A DNA stretch of 64,000 nt from an uncultured Candidatus Saccharibacteria bacterium (GCA_964348395.1 CAYGCK010000002.1:12729-76728); one strand, 5' to 3'; shown: positions 27,803 through 38,295, counted from the first letter of the stretch. The notes: generated from the sequence alone by a model not told the origin. Program-made: numbers and translations.

Positions 27803-28894
27803 ATGCAGGAATTTACAGTGAAGGCCTTAGGATATCTTCTTCTATCGACGGTCGCGACGGGCGCGCTCTATCCGGTTTTTATTAATTTTTTGTACAAATT
27901 TCAGCTCAGGGAGCCTATTAACCCTGACGTTCCGAGAACCCACTTTGCAAAGCAAGGTACGCCGACCGCCGGCGGGTTCCTGCCCGTCTTGGTCTTTCTT
28001 CTCTTGAACCTTATCTTTAACCTAAGCCCCGAGGTCGCGGCTCTGGCGGCGGTTGTGGGGGCTTTGTCCGTTTTGGGAGTGTTAGAGGATCTTTTTAAGA
28101 TCTATCGTCGCTCAAGGTTGCAAAAGACTATTAGGGAGAAAATCGTTCCCATCGTTACCCTCTCCGATTTAACGTGGGACGTCTACAAGCTAGTCCTTTT
28201 CCCGTGGCGCGCTTTTAAAGAAGTTTTTAGAGCGCTCGGTTCGCAGAACGTGGGCGGAGTCGCCCCTTATCAGAAAGTGCTCTTTCAAACCGCCGCCGGC
28301 GCGGCCTTTGCCCTTTGGCATTCTATAGCGAGAGGGACGGAGGTTTGGCTCCCTCTCTTGGGGGTCGTGGATCTAGGATTTTTTTATATTCCTTTGGTTC
28401 TCTTGCTCTTTCTGTTCTTTGTCAACGCCATCTCGGTTACTGACGGTTTGGACGGTTTGGTGGGAGGGCTTTTGGCCTTGGGGTTGACCGCTTTTCTAGC
28501 GATAGCTTTGATTAACGGTCGAGGTGATTTGGCGATCGCGGCGGCTATACTGGTTGGGACGCTCTTCCCTTTTATGTACTTCAATATTTTTCCTGCGCGT
28601 ATTTTTGCCGGCAACGTCGGCGCTTTGGGTTGGGCGGGGGCTTTTATTACCTTGGGCCTTCTTCTTGATCGCTCTATCCTTCTTTTTATAGTTGGAGGGG
28701 TGTTCGTTCTTGAGGGATTGTCTGTTCTAATCCAGGTTGCGGCGGTGAAGTTGAAGAAAGGAAGAGTTTTTTTGATGGCTCCCATCCACCATCACTTTGA
28801 GATGAAGGGGTGGGCGGAGGCCAAAGTCACGATGCGCTTCTGGTTGGCAGGAGCTTTCCTCGCCTTTTTGGGGCTTTTTGTAGCCCTCCTTTAA
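27803..28894 (+). CDS. mraY: phospho-N-acetylmuramoyl-pentapeptide transferase MraY
   Basis: DGLDGLVGG, NVGALG and PIHHHFEMKGW motifs; 10 TM helices. Confidence 0.9.
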   Translation: MQEFTVKALGYLLLSTVATGALYPVFINFLYKFQLREPINPDVPRTHFAKQGTPTAGGFLPVLVFLLLNLIFNLSPEVAALAAVVGALSVLGVLEDLFKIYRRSRLQKTIREKIVPIVTLSDLTWDVYKLVLFPWRAFKEVFRALGSQNVGGVAPYQKVLFQTAAGAAFALWHSIARGTEVWLPLLGVVDLGFFYIPLVLLLFLFFVNAISVTDGLDGLVGGLLALGLTAFLAIALINGRGDLAIAAAILVGTLFPFMYFNIFPARIFAGNVGALGWAGAFITLGLLLDRSILLFIVGGVFVLEGLSVLIQVAAVKLKKGRVFLMAPIHHHFEMKGWAEAKVTMRFWLAGAFLAFLGLFVALL

Positions 28895-28896
28895 TT

Positions 28897-30063
28897 ATGA
28901 TTGCAAAGAGAACGAAGGTTAAACTCTCCTCGCACCATCGACCAGACGTCCCTTTTATAATTGGGGCTTTGGCACTCTTGGCGTTTGGGGTTTTGATGGT
29001 TTATGATTCCTCGGCCGTTTCCGCGGTTGGACTTTTAGGGGGGCAGTACCACTACCTTATACTTCAACTTATATGGGTGGGACTGGGTGTGGCGGGGGCT
29101 TTATTTTTCTACTTCTTGGATTATCACAAGCTCAAAAAAGTCGCCTTTCCTCTTTTTTTGGTGACCGTCGTTCTTCTTGTTCTGGTTCTTCTTCCGACCT
29201 CGATCTCCTACGTTATAAGGGGTTCCCGCAGTTGGCTGGTCTTGCCGCTTCGACTCCCTCTTATTGAAGGGTTTTCTATCCAACCCTCTGAGCTTTCCAA
29301 ACTCGCTCTTATTTTGTATCTGGCGGCTCTTTTTACCAATCAAGGCAGGGGTAGATCTAAAGAAAAGGAAGGCGGCCCAAAGTTTCTTTTTTTTGCCGTG
29401 CCCACTGCGTTAATAGCTGCCCTTATCCTTCTTGAGCCCGATCTTGGAACGGCTGCGATTATAGTCGCTTTGGGATTTGCCGCCTTTTTCTTTGCGGAAG
29501 GAGCGCTTTGGAAGATACTGCTGACTCTACCCGCGGTTTTGGCGGCGGGTGTGGGATTTATCCTTTTGAATCCCAGTCGGCTGGGGAGAATAAGGGCGTT
29601 TCTTGATCCGTCCTCGGATCCTCTAGGCGTGGCCTACCACGTTAACCAAATTCTGATCGCTCTGGGGTCTGGAGGTCTTTTGGGTTTGGGAATCGGGGAG
29701 TCCCGACAGAAGTACGGTTATATACCGGACGTTTCGACAGACGCGATTTTTGCGGTCGTTGGAGAAGAGTTTGGGTTTTTAGGTACTTTTTTCGTGGTCG
29801 CTCTTTTAGGTTTTATTCTTTATCGGGGATTTCTTATCGCCAAACACGCTCCTGACGGGTTTGGACGGGTTCTTGCGGCCAGTATCTCCTCCTGGGTTGG
29901 GCTTCAAGCGTTAGTCAATTTAGGAGCGGTGACCAATATCCTACCCCTCACAGGTGTTCCTCTACCCCTAATATCTTACGGCGGTTCGTCGTTGGTGGTT
30001 TTGCTTTCATCTTTTGGAATACTTTTGAACATAAGTCGGCAAACAGTAAGAAGTAGAAAGTGA
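28897..30063 (+). CDS. ftsW: SEDS-family peptidoglycan glycosyltransferase FtsW
   Basis: ATG at 28897 immediately after the mraY stop. Polytopic; the long ORF from 28810 overlaps mraY and is not used. Confidence 0.8.
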   Translation: MIAKRTKVKLSSHHRPDVPFIIGALALLAFGVLMVYDSSAVSAVGLLGGQYHYLILQLIWVGLGVAGALFFYFLDYHKLKKVAFPLFLVTVVLLVLVLLPTSISYVIRGSRSWLVLPLRLPLIEGFSIQPSELSKLALILYLAALFTNQGRGRSKEKEGGPKFLFFAVPTALIAALILLEPDLGTAAIIVALGFAAFFFAEGALWKILLTLPAVLAAGVGFILLNPSRLGRIRAFLDPSSDPLGVAYHVNQILIALGSGGLLGLGIGESRQKYGYIPDVSTDAIFAVVGEEFGFLGTFFVVALLGFILYRGFLIAKHAPDGFGRVLAASISSWVGLQALVNLGAVTNILPLTGVPLPLISYGGSSLVVLLSSFGILLNISRQTVRSRK

Positions 30064-31184
30064 CTCAAGAGAAAAAACTACCAATTCGTGCGGTCATAAC
30101 GGGAGGTCATCAAGACCCGGCTATCGCCGTTTTGCAGGAGCTGGAGAAGGAGGGTCGATTCGAGTTTCATTGGGTGGGGCAAAAAAATGAGGGGGGACAG
30201 GACGGTCCGTCTTTGGAATTTAGAACCGTAAGAAAGCTTGGCATTCCCTTTTATGACTTAAAAACCGGCAAGCTCTATAAGAGCTCAATTCTGGAGTGGG
30301 TGAAGATACCGTTTGGGTTTTTCCACGCTTTGTATCTGCTTTTTAGGATTAGGCCGCGAGTCGTCATATCCTTCGGCGGCTATATTGCGGCGCCCGTTGT
30401 TTTGGCGGCCTATACCTTAGGGATACCGTCGGTTACTCACGAGCAGACCGTAGTTTTGGGGTGGGCCAACCGCTTCATTTCGCTTTTCGCCAAAAAAATC
30501 TTCGTCTCTTGGGAAGAGTCATTAAAACACTTTCCTAAAGGTAAGACCGTCTTGACCGGTAATCCTGTTCGCCGGGCGGTGTTTGAGAAAAAAGTCAGAA
30601 GATTTGAGTTTAAAAACGACCTCCCAACGGTATACGTAACCGGAGGGAAGCGAGGAGCACACGTTATAAACGAGACGATAAGGGGAGCTTTGTCCACTTT
30701 TCTGGAGCGCTTCAACATCATTCATCAAACCGGCGCGTCTGAGGTTTTTCAGGATTATCAAAAACTACAACTTCTTAAAACCCAGCTCCCCAAAAAATTA
30801 CGGTCGCACTATATTGTTCAGGAGTTTTTTGGCTTGGACGAGATCGGCGCTGTTTTTGCCGCTTGTGACCTCATCGTCGGTCGCGCCGGTGCCAATACCG
30901 TAACCGAGCTAGCCGCTTTAGCAAAACCAGCCGTTCTTATCCCAATTCCTTGGGCTTCTCACAATGAACAGTATTTAAACGCCAAGCTTTTGTCCGCGCG
31001 GGGCGCAGTTTTAATACTCCCCGAGAGCGAGCTCTCCACGACCAATTTTTTGGAGGCGGTTTCTACGATAGTTTCCGATCTAGGTCGTTTCAGAAAGAGT
31101 GCTCGTAGCGCTAAAGGTCTTGTTAAACCCGACGCTGCAAGTCTTATAGCTCGCGGGATTAGGGAGCTGGTAGACTTAAGCTGA
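30060..31184 (+). CDS. murG: undecaprenyldiphospho-muramoylpentapeptide beta-N-acetylglucosaminyltransferase MurG
   Basis: VITGGHQDPAIAV..., GGYIAAPVVLAA and VTGGKRGAHVINE motifs (GT28). Confidence 0.85.
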   Translation: MTQEKKLPIRAVITGGHQDPAIAVLQELEKEGRFEFHWVGQKNEGGQDGPSLEFRTVRKLGIPFYDLKTGKLYKSSILEWVKIPFGFFHALYLLFRIRPRVVISFGGYIAAPVVLAAYTLGIPSVTHEQTVVLGWANRFISLFAKKIFVSWEESLKHFPKGKTVLTGNPVRRAVFEKKVRRFEFKNDLPTVYVTGGKRGAHVINETIRGALSTFLERFNIIHQTGASEVFQDYQKLQLLKTQLPKKLRSHYIVQEFFGLDEIGAVFAACDLIVGRAGANTVTELAALAKPAVLIPIPWASHNEQYLNAKLLSARGAVLILPESELSTTNFLEAVSTIVSDLGRFRKSARSAKGLVKPDAASLIARGIRELVDLS

Positions 31185-31966
31185 TGCGGCTTTTCCCATC
31201 AAGAAGAAGGCTGAAAACGCTTAGACGTTCTCCGAGGTTTTTCATTTCTGCCCCCACAGGTCGCCAAATTGTTGTGCCGTTTCGCCCCGTCTCGACCGTT
31301 TTGATTGTTGTTCTGGCTCTTCTTAGTGTCTTTCTCGCTCTTCGCTCGGATATCTTTCAGGTTAAGGCGCTTGAGTTTGAGCTTGAGGAGATTGCCGATG
31401 AAACCCTTGTGAGACAGCGGGTTATGGAAGAAGTCATGGGCCGAAGTATCTTTTTCTTAAACACCTCAAAAGTCGAGAACTCCATTAAGGGAGATTTCCC
31501 AACCATCAAAGAGGTTATTTTGGAGAAGAAACTTCCCGATGGACTCTACATTGCGGTAAACGTTCGGGTTCCGCTGGCCGTCGTTGAGGATAAGGATGGG
31601 GATAAATTCTTGGTGGATCAGGAGGGTTTTCTTTTTGAAGAAGGTGCCGGAGAGAATCTTCCGGTTATCAAGTTAGGGGGCGATTTTGACGGCGCGGTTG
31701 GTCTTTCTGTAAGTGATAAAGGAGTCCGCTCTTATCTGGAGACGCTCGAGCTTGCTGCGCAGAAAGGTTTTGTGGTTCGTGCTATTTATCTCAACTCTAC
31801 AACGATCGAACTTCGTCTTGAAGGGACGGTGGTTTGGCTTAGCGCTGAGGGAAAAATTTCCTCACAACTTGAGCTTCTGACGAACCTTCTCCAGCGCTAC
31901 AAACTAGGCGGAACGACCCCAAAATCGGTAGACCTTCGCTTCGCACGTCCTGTGGTTAGACTTTAG
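31184..31966 (+). CDS. ftsQ: cell division protein FtsQ/DivIB (POTRA)
   Basis: N-terminal TM then POTRA-like domain. Position between murG and ftsA. Confidence 0.7.
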   Translation: MRLFPSRRRLKTLRRSPRFFISAPTGRQIVVPFRPVSTVLIVVLALLSVFLALRSDIFQVKALEFELEEIADETLVRQRVMEEVMGRSIFFLNTSKVENSIKGDFPTIKEVILEKKLPDGLYIAVNVRVPLAVVEDKDGDKFLVDQEGFLFEEGAGENLPVIKLGGDFDGAVGLSVSDKGVRSYLETLELAAQKGFVVRAIYLNSTTIELRLEGTVVWLSAEGKISSQLELLTNLLQRYKLGGTTPKSVDLRFARPVVRL

Positions 31967-31998
31967 CCCGTACTCCTGCTGCTTATGATATTATTCGC

Positions 31999-33264
31999 TT
32001 GAGAAGTAAATCACGCGCCATGCCCAAAGAAAACATTGTTACAGGGATAGACGTCGGCTCTACCAAAATCTCAACCGTTATCTCCTCCTTATCACCCGAG
32101 AATAAAATCTCTGTAGTAGGGGTCTCAACTGTTCCTTCAAGAGGAATAAAAAAAGGCGTCGTTGTCGATATCGACGAGGCGGTCGAGGCTATAGCCGAGA
32201 GTTTGGAGCAAGCGGAACGTATGGCCGGGTATTCGGTTTCCTCGGCTTTTGTTGCGGTCGACGGGAAGCACATCTCCTCCCTCAACTCCCACGGCGTCGT
32301 CGCGGTTGGCGGTGAGGGGGCAGAGATAGCGGAAACAGATGTAGAGCGGGTGACGGAGGCGGCGCGTGCCGTATCGCTTCCTTCCTCTCGCGAGATCATC
32401 CATGTTTTGCCGCGGGGTTTCACCGTTGATTCCCAAGATGGGATAAAAGATCCGGTCGGAATGAGCGGAGTTCGCATGGAGGTAGAGACAAATATTATCT
32501 CCGGATCAACGACCGTGATGAGAAACTTGGTGAAGTGTATTCAGCACGTGGGGGTTGACGTCGAGGACTTGGTTTTTTGCGGTTTGGCCTCCTCCGAAGC
32601 GGTTCTTTCGGAGACGGAGAAAGAGCTTGGTTGTGCACTGGTTGATATAGGTGGGGAGACCACCCAAATTTTAATTTTTACCAACGGAAGTCCGGTTTAC
32701 GCCGCGGTTGTACCCTATGGAGGACAAAGTATCACCAATGATCTGGCGGTTGGACTTAGGGTATCGCTTGAGGATGCGGAGAGGATAAAACAGAAGCTTT
32801 CGAGCGAATCTTTGGCTAAGCAGGAGGAGAAGAAAGACGAAGTTGATATTTCAGAGTTGGGACTAGAGACTAAATCCATACCTCTTTCATTTGTTGAAAA
32901 CATAATTGAAGCTCGACTTTCCGAGGTCGTAAATATGATAGGGCTTGAGGTTAAAAACTCCGGACAGCAAGGTAACCTTCCCGCAGGTTTGATCATAACC
33001 GGTGGGGCGGTTGAAACCTTAAAACTCAAAGACACGGTTAAAAAACACCTTCGCCTCCCCTTGAGGATAGGGCGTCCCAAAGGGGTTTCCGGATTGATCG
33101 AAGAGGTATCAACCCCCGCCCACTCAACTTCCATAGGTCTTGTTCTTTACGGTTCATACGCAGGTCCTAAGGAGGGGCGCGTCGGATTACCGTCGGTGGA
33201 CCTGCGGCGGGTTTCCCAGGCATTTGGGAGGGTGATAGAATGGGGAAAGAGTTTCCTGCCCTAG
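31999..33264 (+). CDS. ftsA: cell division protein FtsA
   Basis: IVTGIDVGSTKISTVIS actin-fold phosphate-1 motif; VDIGGETT phosphate-2. Confidence 0.9.
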   Translation: MRSKSRAMPKENIVTGIDVGSTKISTVISSLSPENKISVVGVSTVPSRGIKKGVVVDIDEAVEAIAESLEQAERMAGYSVSSAFVAVDGKHISSLNSHGVVAVGGEGAEIAETDVERVTEAARAVSLPSSREIIHVLPRGFTVDSQDGIKDPVGMSGVRMEVETNIISGSTTVMRNLVKCIQHVGVDVEDLVFCGLASSEAVLSETEKELGCALVDIGGETTQILIFTNGSPVYAAVVPYGGQSITNDLAVGLRVSLEDAERIKQKLSSESLAKQEEKKDEVDISELGLETKSIPLSFVENIIEARLSEVVNMIGLEVKNSGQQGNLPAGLIITGGAVETLKLKDTVKKHLRLPLRIGRPKGVSGLIEEVSTPAHSTSIGLVLYGSYAGPKEGRVGLPSVDLRRVSQAFGRVIEWGKSFLP

Positions 33265-33306
33265 TGTATAAAATCCAAGCGTCGTATACTGTCCAAAAGT
33301 ATTCTC

Positions 33307-34362
33307 ATGCGCGTTAAACCACAAATAGAAAAAGCTGCGAACATAAAGGTCGTTGGTATGGGGGGTGCCGGCGGTAACGCCATAAACTCTATGATTAGAA
33401 ACCAGAAGATTCAGGGTGTTGAGTTTGTAGCGATTAATACGGACTCTCAGGCGCTCGCCTCCTCCGATGCCCCAGCTAAGATCCAAATTGGGGAGAAGAT
33501 CACCCGAGGCTTGGGTTCGGGGGGAAACCCGGAGGTTGGTCGCAAGGCCGCAGAGGAGTCCACCGAGATGTTAAAGGATAGAATGGATGGCGCGGATATG
33601 GTTTTTATAACGGCCGGTATGGGCGGAGGAACCGGGACGGGAGGGGGCCCTATTGTTGCGGAACTAGCGAAATCGCTTGGTGCTTTGACCGTCGGTGTCG
33701 TTACCAAACCTTTTGGATTTGAGGGCTCGCGTCGTATGGAAAACGCGGTTAAGGGTATCGAAGAATTGAGGGAAAAGGTAGACGCGCTGATTGTTATTCC
33801 CAACCAAAAACTTTTGGAAATTGTCGAGCGTAACATGTCTATTTTAGACGCATTTCGCCTGGCCGATTCGATTTTGGGACGGGCGGTTCAGGGTATTTCG
33901 GATCTTATTGTTATCCCGGGTTTGGTGAACGTTGATTTTGCTGATGTGCGCTCCATTATGACCAACGCAGGAAGTGCTCTTATGGGGATAGGGGAGGGGA
34001 GTGGAGAGGACAAGGCGGCCACAGCAGCGCGAGCGGCTGTTACTTCGCCTCTACTTGAAGTTTCGGTTGACGGTGCGATGGGAATTCTTCTGAATATTGT
34101 CGGAGGGGGCGACCTTGCTATGCATGAAGTCGATGAGGCCGCCCGACTTATTTCGGAGTCGGCCGACCCCAATGCGGATATCATTTTCGGGGCTTCGATT
34201 GACGAGGAGATGAAGGATGAGATCAAAATCACGGTGATAGCAACGGGGTTTACTCTCGGATCGTCTGAGGGTGGGAGCCCGAAGAAAGAAGAAAGAAAGG
34301 AGGAGTCGGAGGAATCCGACGAGTTCGAGGCTCCGGCTTTCTTGCGCCGAGGTAAACGTTAG
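33307..34362 (+). CDS. ftsZ: cell division GTPase FtsZ
   Basis: GGGTGTGGGPIVAELAK tubulin signature; NTDSQAL; acidic C-terminal tail. Confidence 0.95.
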   Translation: MRVKPQIEKAANIKVVGMGGAGGNAINSMIRNQKIQGVEFVAINTDSQALASSDAPAKIQIGEKITRGLGSGGNPEVGRKAAEESTEMLKDRMDGADMVFITAGMGGGTGTGGGPIVAELAKSLGALTVGVVTKPFGFEGSRRMENAVKGIEELREKVDALIVIPNQKLLEIVERNMSILDAFRLADSILGRAVQGISDLIVIPGLVNVDFADVRSIMTNAGSALMGIGEGSGEDKAATAARAAVTSPLLEVSVDGAMGILLNIVGGGDLAMHEVDEAARLISESADPNADIIFGASIDEEMKDEIKITVIATGFTLGSSEGGSPKKEERKEESEESDEFEAPAFLRRGKR

Positions 34363-34497
34363 CCAAGCTTGTCAAGTTTGTTCCGATATTTCTGGAGAGA
34401 ACGGATCTTGTATAGCGCTTTTTATTTATGGTAAGAGGTTAAAGATACGCTTATGACATAGCGCTATCCCCACTGCCCGTTTTTTGTTGCTCTTGAT

Positions 34498-36927
34498 ATG
34501 CCAAAACGAAAAAATCTGGATCTTAAAAGTGCTATTGAGATTGCCGAGGGGAAGTTTAACATGTCTGCCAACGCGGCCGAGGTTTTTGTCCGCCGTTATG
34601 TTCGAAGGGGTAAGGACGGGATGCCAGCCGAAACCCCCCAGCAAACATTTCGGCGAGTAGCTCGTGCGATAGCTGATCCCGATAAAAAATACGGAAAGGA
34701 CCCCAAAGTTGCGGAAAAAGAGTTCTATAAAACTCTAGCCGAATTTCGTTTTGTGCCCAACTCTCCGACCTGGACGGGGGCGGGGACTCCTTTGGGGCAG
34801 CTCGCGGCGTGTTTTGTTTTACCTATTAAGGACGATCTTGGACGTGATTCTCGGGGAATATTCTCTACGCTTCGGGTCGCGGCTTTGATTCAACAAACCG
34901 GCGGTGGAAACGGATTTGCTTTCTCCGATCTTAGACCGCGGGGGGACTTTGTGAGTCGTTCCGGCGGGCGCTCTAGCGGGCCAGTCGGTTTTTTGAGTGC
35001 CTACGACGCGGCCTTTGGGGTGATCGCACAAGGTGGGGTGCGTCGAGGCGCCAATATGGCGGTTTTAAAAGTCAGCCACCCTGATGTTCGGACTTTTATC
35101 CACTGCAAAGAAAAAGAGGGGGAGATTTCAAATTTCAATATCTCGATCGGAGCGACCGATGAGTTTATGCGTGCCGTCGAAAAAGAGGGAAAGTTCAAAC
35201 TGATCAACCCTAGAGACGGTAAGGCGTGGGATAAAGTAGACGCCAAGGCGCTCTTTGACGAGATTGTTACCGCCGCCCACAGAAACGGTGAACCCGGGAT
35301 TCTCTTTATCGACGCCGCCAATCGTGAGAATCCCGTTCCCCAGCTTTATGAGCTCAAGGCAACGAACCCCTGCGGTGAGCAGTGGCTCGGTCCTTATGAG
35401 AACTGTTGTCTTGGTTCGGTAAACCTGGCCCAGCACACTACGGTAAGGGGAGAGGTGGATTGGAAAAAGCTCGGCGAGACAGTCCGCTTGTCTACCTGCT
35501 TCCTGGATAACGTCGTGGATGCGAACGCCTATGTTCCCGAGGTTCCCGAACTTGAGGAGGCGGCGCTTAACGTCCGTCGCATCGGTTTGGGAATTATGGG
35601 GCTGGCCGATATGATGTACAGGGTTGGGGTTTCCTACGCCGAAGAGGACGGGGTGGAACTGGCGTCTCAGATTATGGAGTTTGTTCGTTACCATACCATG
35701 GCGGCCTCCATTGAGAGAGCGCGCGAGCGGGGAGCTTTCCCGGCAATCAAAGGCTCCCTTTACGACCCCAAGCGTCTTAAGTGGAAACCGCCGACGCCTC
35801 TTCATCCTCACAAGCGCGATTTTGGCCGTCCTAAGCTTGATTGGAGGAAAATTGCGTCCGGAATCAAAAAGCACGGTATAAGAAACGGCGCTCAACAAAC
35901 CATCGCTCCAACTGGTACCATCTCAACCGTCGCGGGTATTGAGGGGTATGGGTGCGAACCGGTTTTTGCGCTCTCCTACATCCGCCGTCTATTCCAGGCG
36001 GCGGGGGAGGACTCGGAACGTCGTGAATTGATTTACACGAGTCCCGCTTTTGAGAAGGCGCTTGAAGAGGTGGGCTTGAGTGAGGGTGAGCGGGAGAACG
36101 TCTATGCGACGGTTAGGGAGACCGGTACAGTCCAGGGCGTTAAGGGGGTGCCCAAGGAGGTTCAGCGGATTTTTGTGGTCTCCCAGGATATAACTCCGCG
36201 CCAGCATATCGGGATGCAGGCGGCGTTGCAGCGGTTTGTCGACAACTCAATTTCCAAAACTTGCAATTTCCCACCGGACGCCACGGTCGAGGATGTCAAA
36301 GAAGCATATATGGAGGCCTGGCGTTTGGGTTGCAAGGGCTTGACGGTCTACGTTACCGGGACAAGACGGGAGGTGGTTCTGGAAACCGAGGAGACGAGGA
36401 AGAAGAGGGAGGTAGACGATCTATCCATAAAGCCCCGCCCGGTTAAAACCATCGGCTCGACATACCGCATCGGTACCCCTGTCGGGTCGGCTTTTGTGAC
36501 CGTCAATGAAAATGGAGACGGAAACCCTCTTGAGGTTTTTATAAACGTAGGGAAAGCGGGCAGCGACATAGCCGCCGACGCCGAGGCGATAGGACGTCTT
36601 TCCTCTCTTGTTCTGAGGGTGGACCCGACCATGAGTCCTAAGGACCGTCTTACCGCGATAATCGACCAGCTCGTCGGGATTGGTGGATCTCGCGTCGTGG
36701 GTTTTGGTGCAGAACGGGTTCGTAGTCTCGCCGATGGAGTTTCGAAGGTTTTGAGTCAATACTTAGGTTGGAAGAAGGAGGAGCAAAAGATTAAGGAGGG
36801 TCAGCCTCAGCTTCCGGTTGGAAGATTAGAGAAAATTGGAGATCTTTGCCCGACCTGCGGCCAAGCTACCTTGGTTTACGAGGAAGGCTGCCGCAAGTGT
36901 TACTCTTGTGGTTATTCTGAGTGTTAG
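34498..36927 (+). CDS. nrdJ: ribonucleoside-diphosphate/triphosphate reductase, class II (adenosylcobalamin-dependent)
   Basis: 809 aa. NPCGEQWL active-site cysteine region. C-terminal CPTCG...CRKCYSCG redox pair typical of NrdJ. Confidence 0.85.
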   Translation: MPKRKNLDLKSAIEIAEGKFNMSANAAEVFVRRYVRRGKDGMPAETPQQTFRRVARAIADPDKKYGKDPKVAEKEFYKTLAEFRFVPNSPTWTGAGTPLGQLAACFVLPIKDDLGRDSRGIFSTLRVAALIQQTGGGNGFAFSDLRPRGDFVSRSGGRSSGPVGFLSAYDAAFGVIAQGGVRRGANMAVLKVSHPDVRTFIHCKEKEGEISNFNISIGATDEFMRAVEKEGKFKLINPRDGKAWDKVDAKALFDEIVTAAHRNGEPGILFIDAANRENPVPQLYELKATNPCGEQWLGPYENCCLGSVNLAQHTTVRGEVDWKKLGETVRLSTCFLDNVVDANAYVPEVPELEEAALNVRRIGLGIMGLADMMYRVGVSYAEEDGVELASQIMEFVRYHTMAASIERARERGAFPAIKGSLYDPKRLKWKPPTPLHPHKRDFGRPKLDWRKIASGIKKHGIRNGAQQTIAPTGTISTVAGIEGYGCEPVFALSYIRRLFQAAGEDSERRELIYTSPAFEKALEEVGLSEGERENVYATVRETGTVQGVKGVPKEVQRIFVVSQDITPRQHIGMQAALQRFVDNSISKTCNFPPDATVEDVKEAYMEAWRLGCKGLTVYVTGTRREVVLETEETRKKREVDDLSIKPRPVKTIGSTYRIGTPVGSAFVTVNENGDGNPLEVFINVGKAGSDIAADAEAIGRLSSLVLRVDPTMSPKDRLTAIIDQLVGIGGSRVVGFGAERVRSLADGVSKVLSQYLGWKKEEQKIKEGQPQLPVGRLEKIGDLCPTCGQATLVYEEGCRKCYSCGYSEC

Positions 36928-37029
36928 CCACAAGAGCTAGAGTTTCAGCGAAGCGAACTCGTCCTCCTGCGGATATTCAGAATGTTAATCCACCCCAAAG
37001 AAAAAAGGCCAAGCTTCTTCGCTTGACCT

Positions 37030-37683
37030 TTAGAACTCGAACTCCTCCGGATTATCCAATTCGCTTTGGAAGATCATGAGCTCATCGGCTTCAAACTGCG
37101 CCGGCGGTTGAAACCGCTTAAGCTGCCTCTTGTAAAGCGCAAGCCACGTGGGTTTTTCGCCTCGCTTCTCAAGCTGTGCGTCCAAACCCAGACATCTTTG
37201 GATTAGAACCTCTCTATCGCACAGAACCCAAACGATCGCGGTCTTGTAACCGTATTTGCGAGGTACGCGAAGCCGTCTTTCCCGTTCCACTCGAATTTGG
37301 TTACCCGAGTCGGAGACCATAGCGATACCCCATTTGCAGACCTCTTTGAAAATTTCCTCTCTAAGGTAACGCGTTAGCGCCTGGCGCGGCCAATACCCTT
37401 GCCCGTCGACCGTCTTATCATCGTCAAGAAGCGGGAATCGGGAGTTTAGGAGGTCGTGGATGCGCCGAGTCGAGACCTGAAAGAAGCGCGAAAGCTCGCC
37501 GTGGTGCTCAACGAACCAAGTCTTGCCCGAAAGCGAACGCCCCACCATCATCACGAAAATCCTGCGACGGGGGGCGTTTGACGCCTCCCAAAGGATATCT
37601 TTGGCTATATCCTCGAGCTTCTCCCGCGTCGGAGGATAAATTCGGTAAAGCCCGCCGACCACGAATCCCCACAACTTTCCCAT
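37030..37683 (-). CDS. P-loop NTPase / predicted small-molecule or nucleotide kinase (function unknown)
   Basis: Walker A VGRSLSGKT; acidic LLDDD segment; 217 aa with no other recognisable domain. Confidence 0.5.
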   Translation of the reverse strand: MGKLWGFVVGGLYRIYPPTREKLEDIAKDILWEASNAPRRRIFVMMVGRSLSGKTWFVEHHGELSRFFQVSTRRIHDLLNSRFPLLDDDKTVDGQGYWPRQALTRYLREEIFKEVCKWGIAMVSDSGNQIRVERERRLRVPRKYGYKTAIVWVLCDREVLIQRCLGLDAQLEKRGEKPTWLALYKRQLKRFQPPAQFEADELMIFQSELDNPEEFEF

Positions 37684-37767
37684 ATTCTCGTCTCCTTTCG
37701 TTTGGTTTTATGTTTTTATGCTATCACGCGCTTGTGCGGGTTTGGGGTTATTGTAAACTTACGGGGT

Positions 37768-38292
37768 ATGCCAGAGAAGGGTTCGATTTTAGTTTTTACC
37801 GGAGGTGGAAAAGGTAAGACCACGGCCGCCGTGGGGCAAGCGGTTCGCGCCCGAGGTCGAGATTGGCGTGTCCTGATGATTCAATTTATTAAGAAATGGG
37901 TATCTGGCGAGGTTACACCTCTTAAGAATTTAGGGGTTGAGGTCCACCCTATGGGTTTAGGTTTTGTAGGTATCATGGGGGACAGGCGACCGAGGAGCGA
38001 GCACGAGGAGGCTGCGCGAGACGCTCTTGAACTCGCTCGTAAGAAAATAGACGAGGAGATTTACGATCTTCTAATTTTGGATGAAGTGAATGTGGCGATT
38101 TCCTTAGGACTTCTCGGGACGAGCGAAGTTTTGGAGTTTTTGGAAAATAAACCGAGGAACTTGAGCGTTATTTTAACCGGTCGCGGTGCCCCTAGTGAGT
38201 TTGTCGAAATCGCTGATCTAGTTTCGGAGGTTAAGGAGGTGAAGCATCCCTTTCAGAAAGGCGCGCGAGCCAAAAAAGGGGTGGAGCTTTAA
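37768..38292 (+). CDS. cobO: cob(I)yrinic acid a,c-diamide (corrinoid) adenosyltransferase, CobO/BtuR type
   Basis: MPEKGSILVFTGGGKGKTTAAVGQAVRARG...VLMIQFIK matches the CobA/CobO P-loop family. ATG at 37768 is preferred over the longer frame from 37702. Confidence 0.8.
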   Translation: MPEKGSILVFTGGGKGKTTAAVGQAVRARGRDWRVLMIQFIKKWVSGEVTPLKNLGVEVHPMGLGFVGIMGDRRPRSEHEEAARDALELARKKIDEEIYDLLILDEVNVAISLGLLGTSEVLEFLENKPRNLSVILTGRGAPSEFVEIADLVSEVKEVKHPFQKGARAKKGVEL

Positions 38293-38295
38293 GCA

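Noticed and set aside
28810-28896. Long ftsW ORF starting at 28810 inside mraY
   Set aside because: The in-frame ATG at 28897, immediately after the mraY stop, gives a canonical FtsW N-terminus. The upstream extension overlaps mraY by 85 nt.
34363-34497. Possible cobalamin riboswitch or NrdR box upstream of nrdJ
   Set aside because: The spacer is only 135 nt, with no B12-box-like consensus or tandem NrdR palindromes. It contains only a short TAGCGCTA palindrome.
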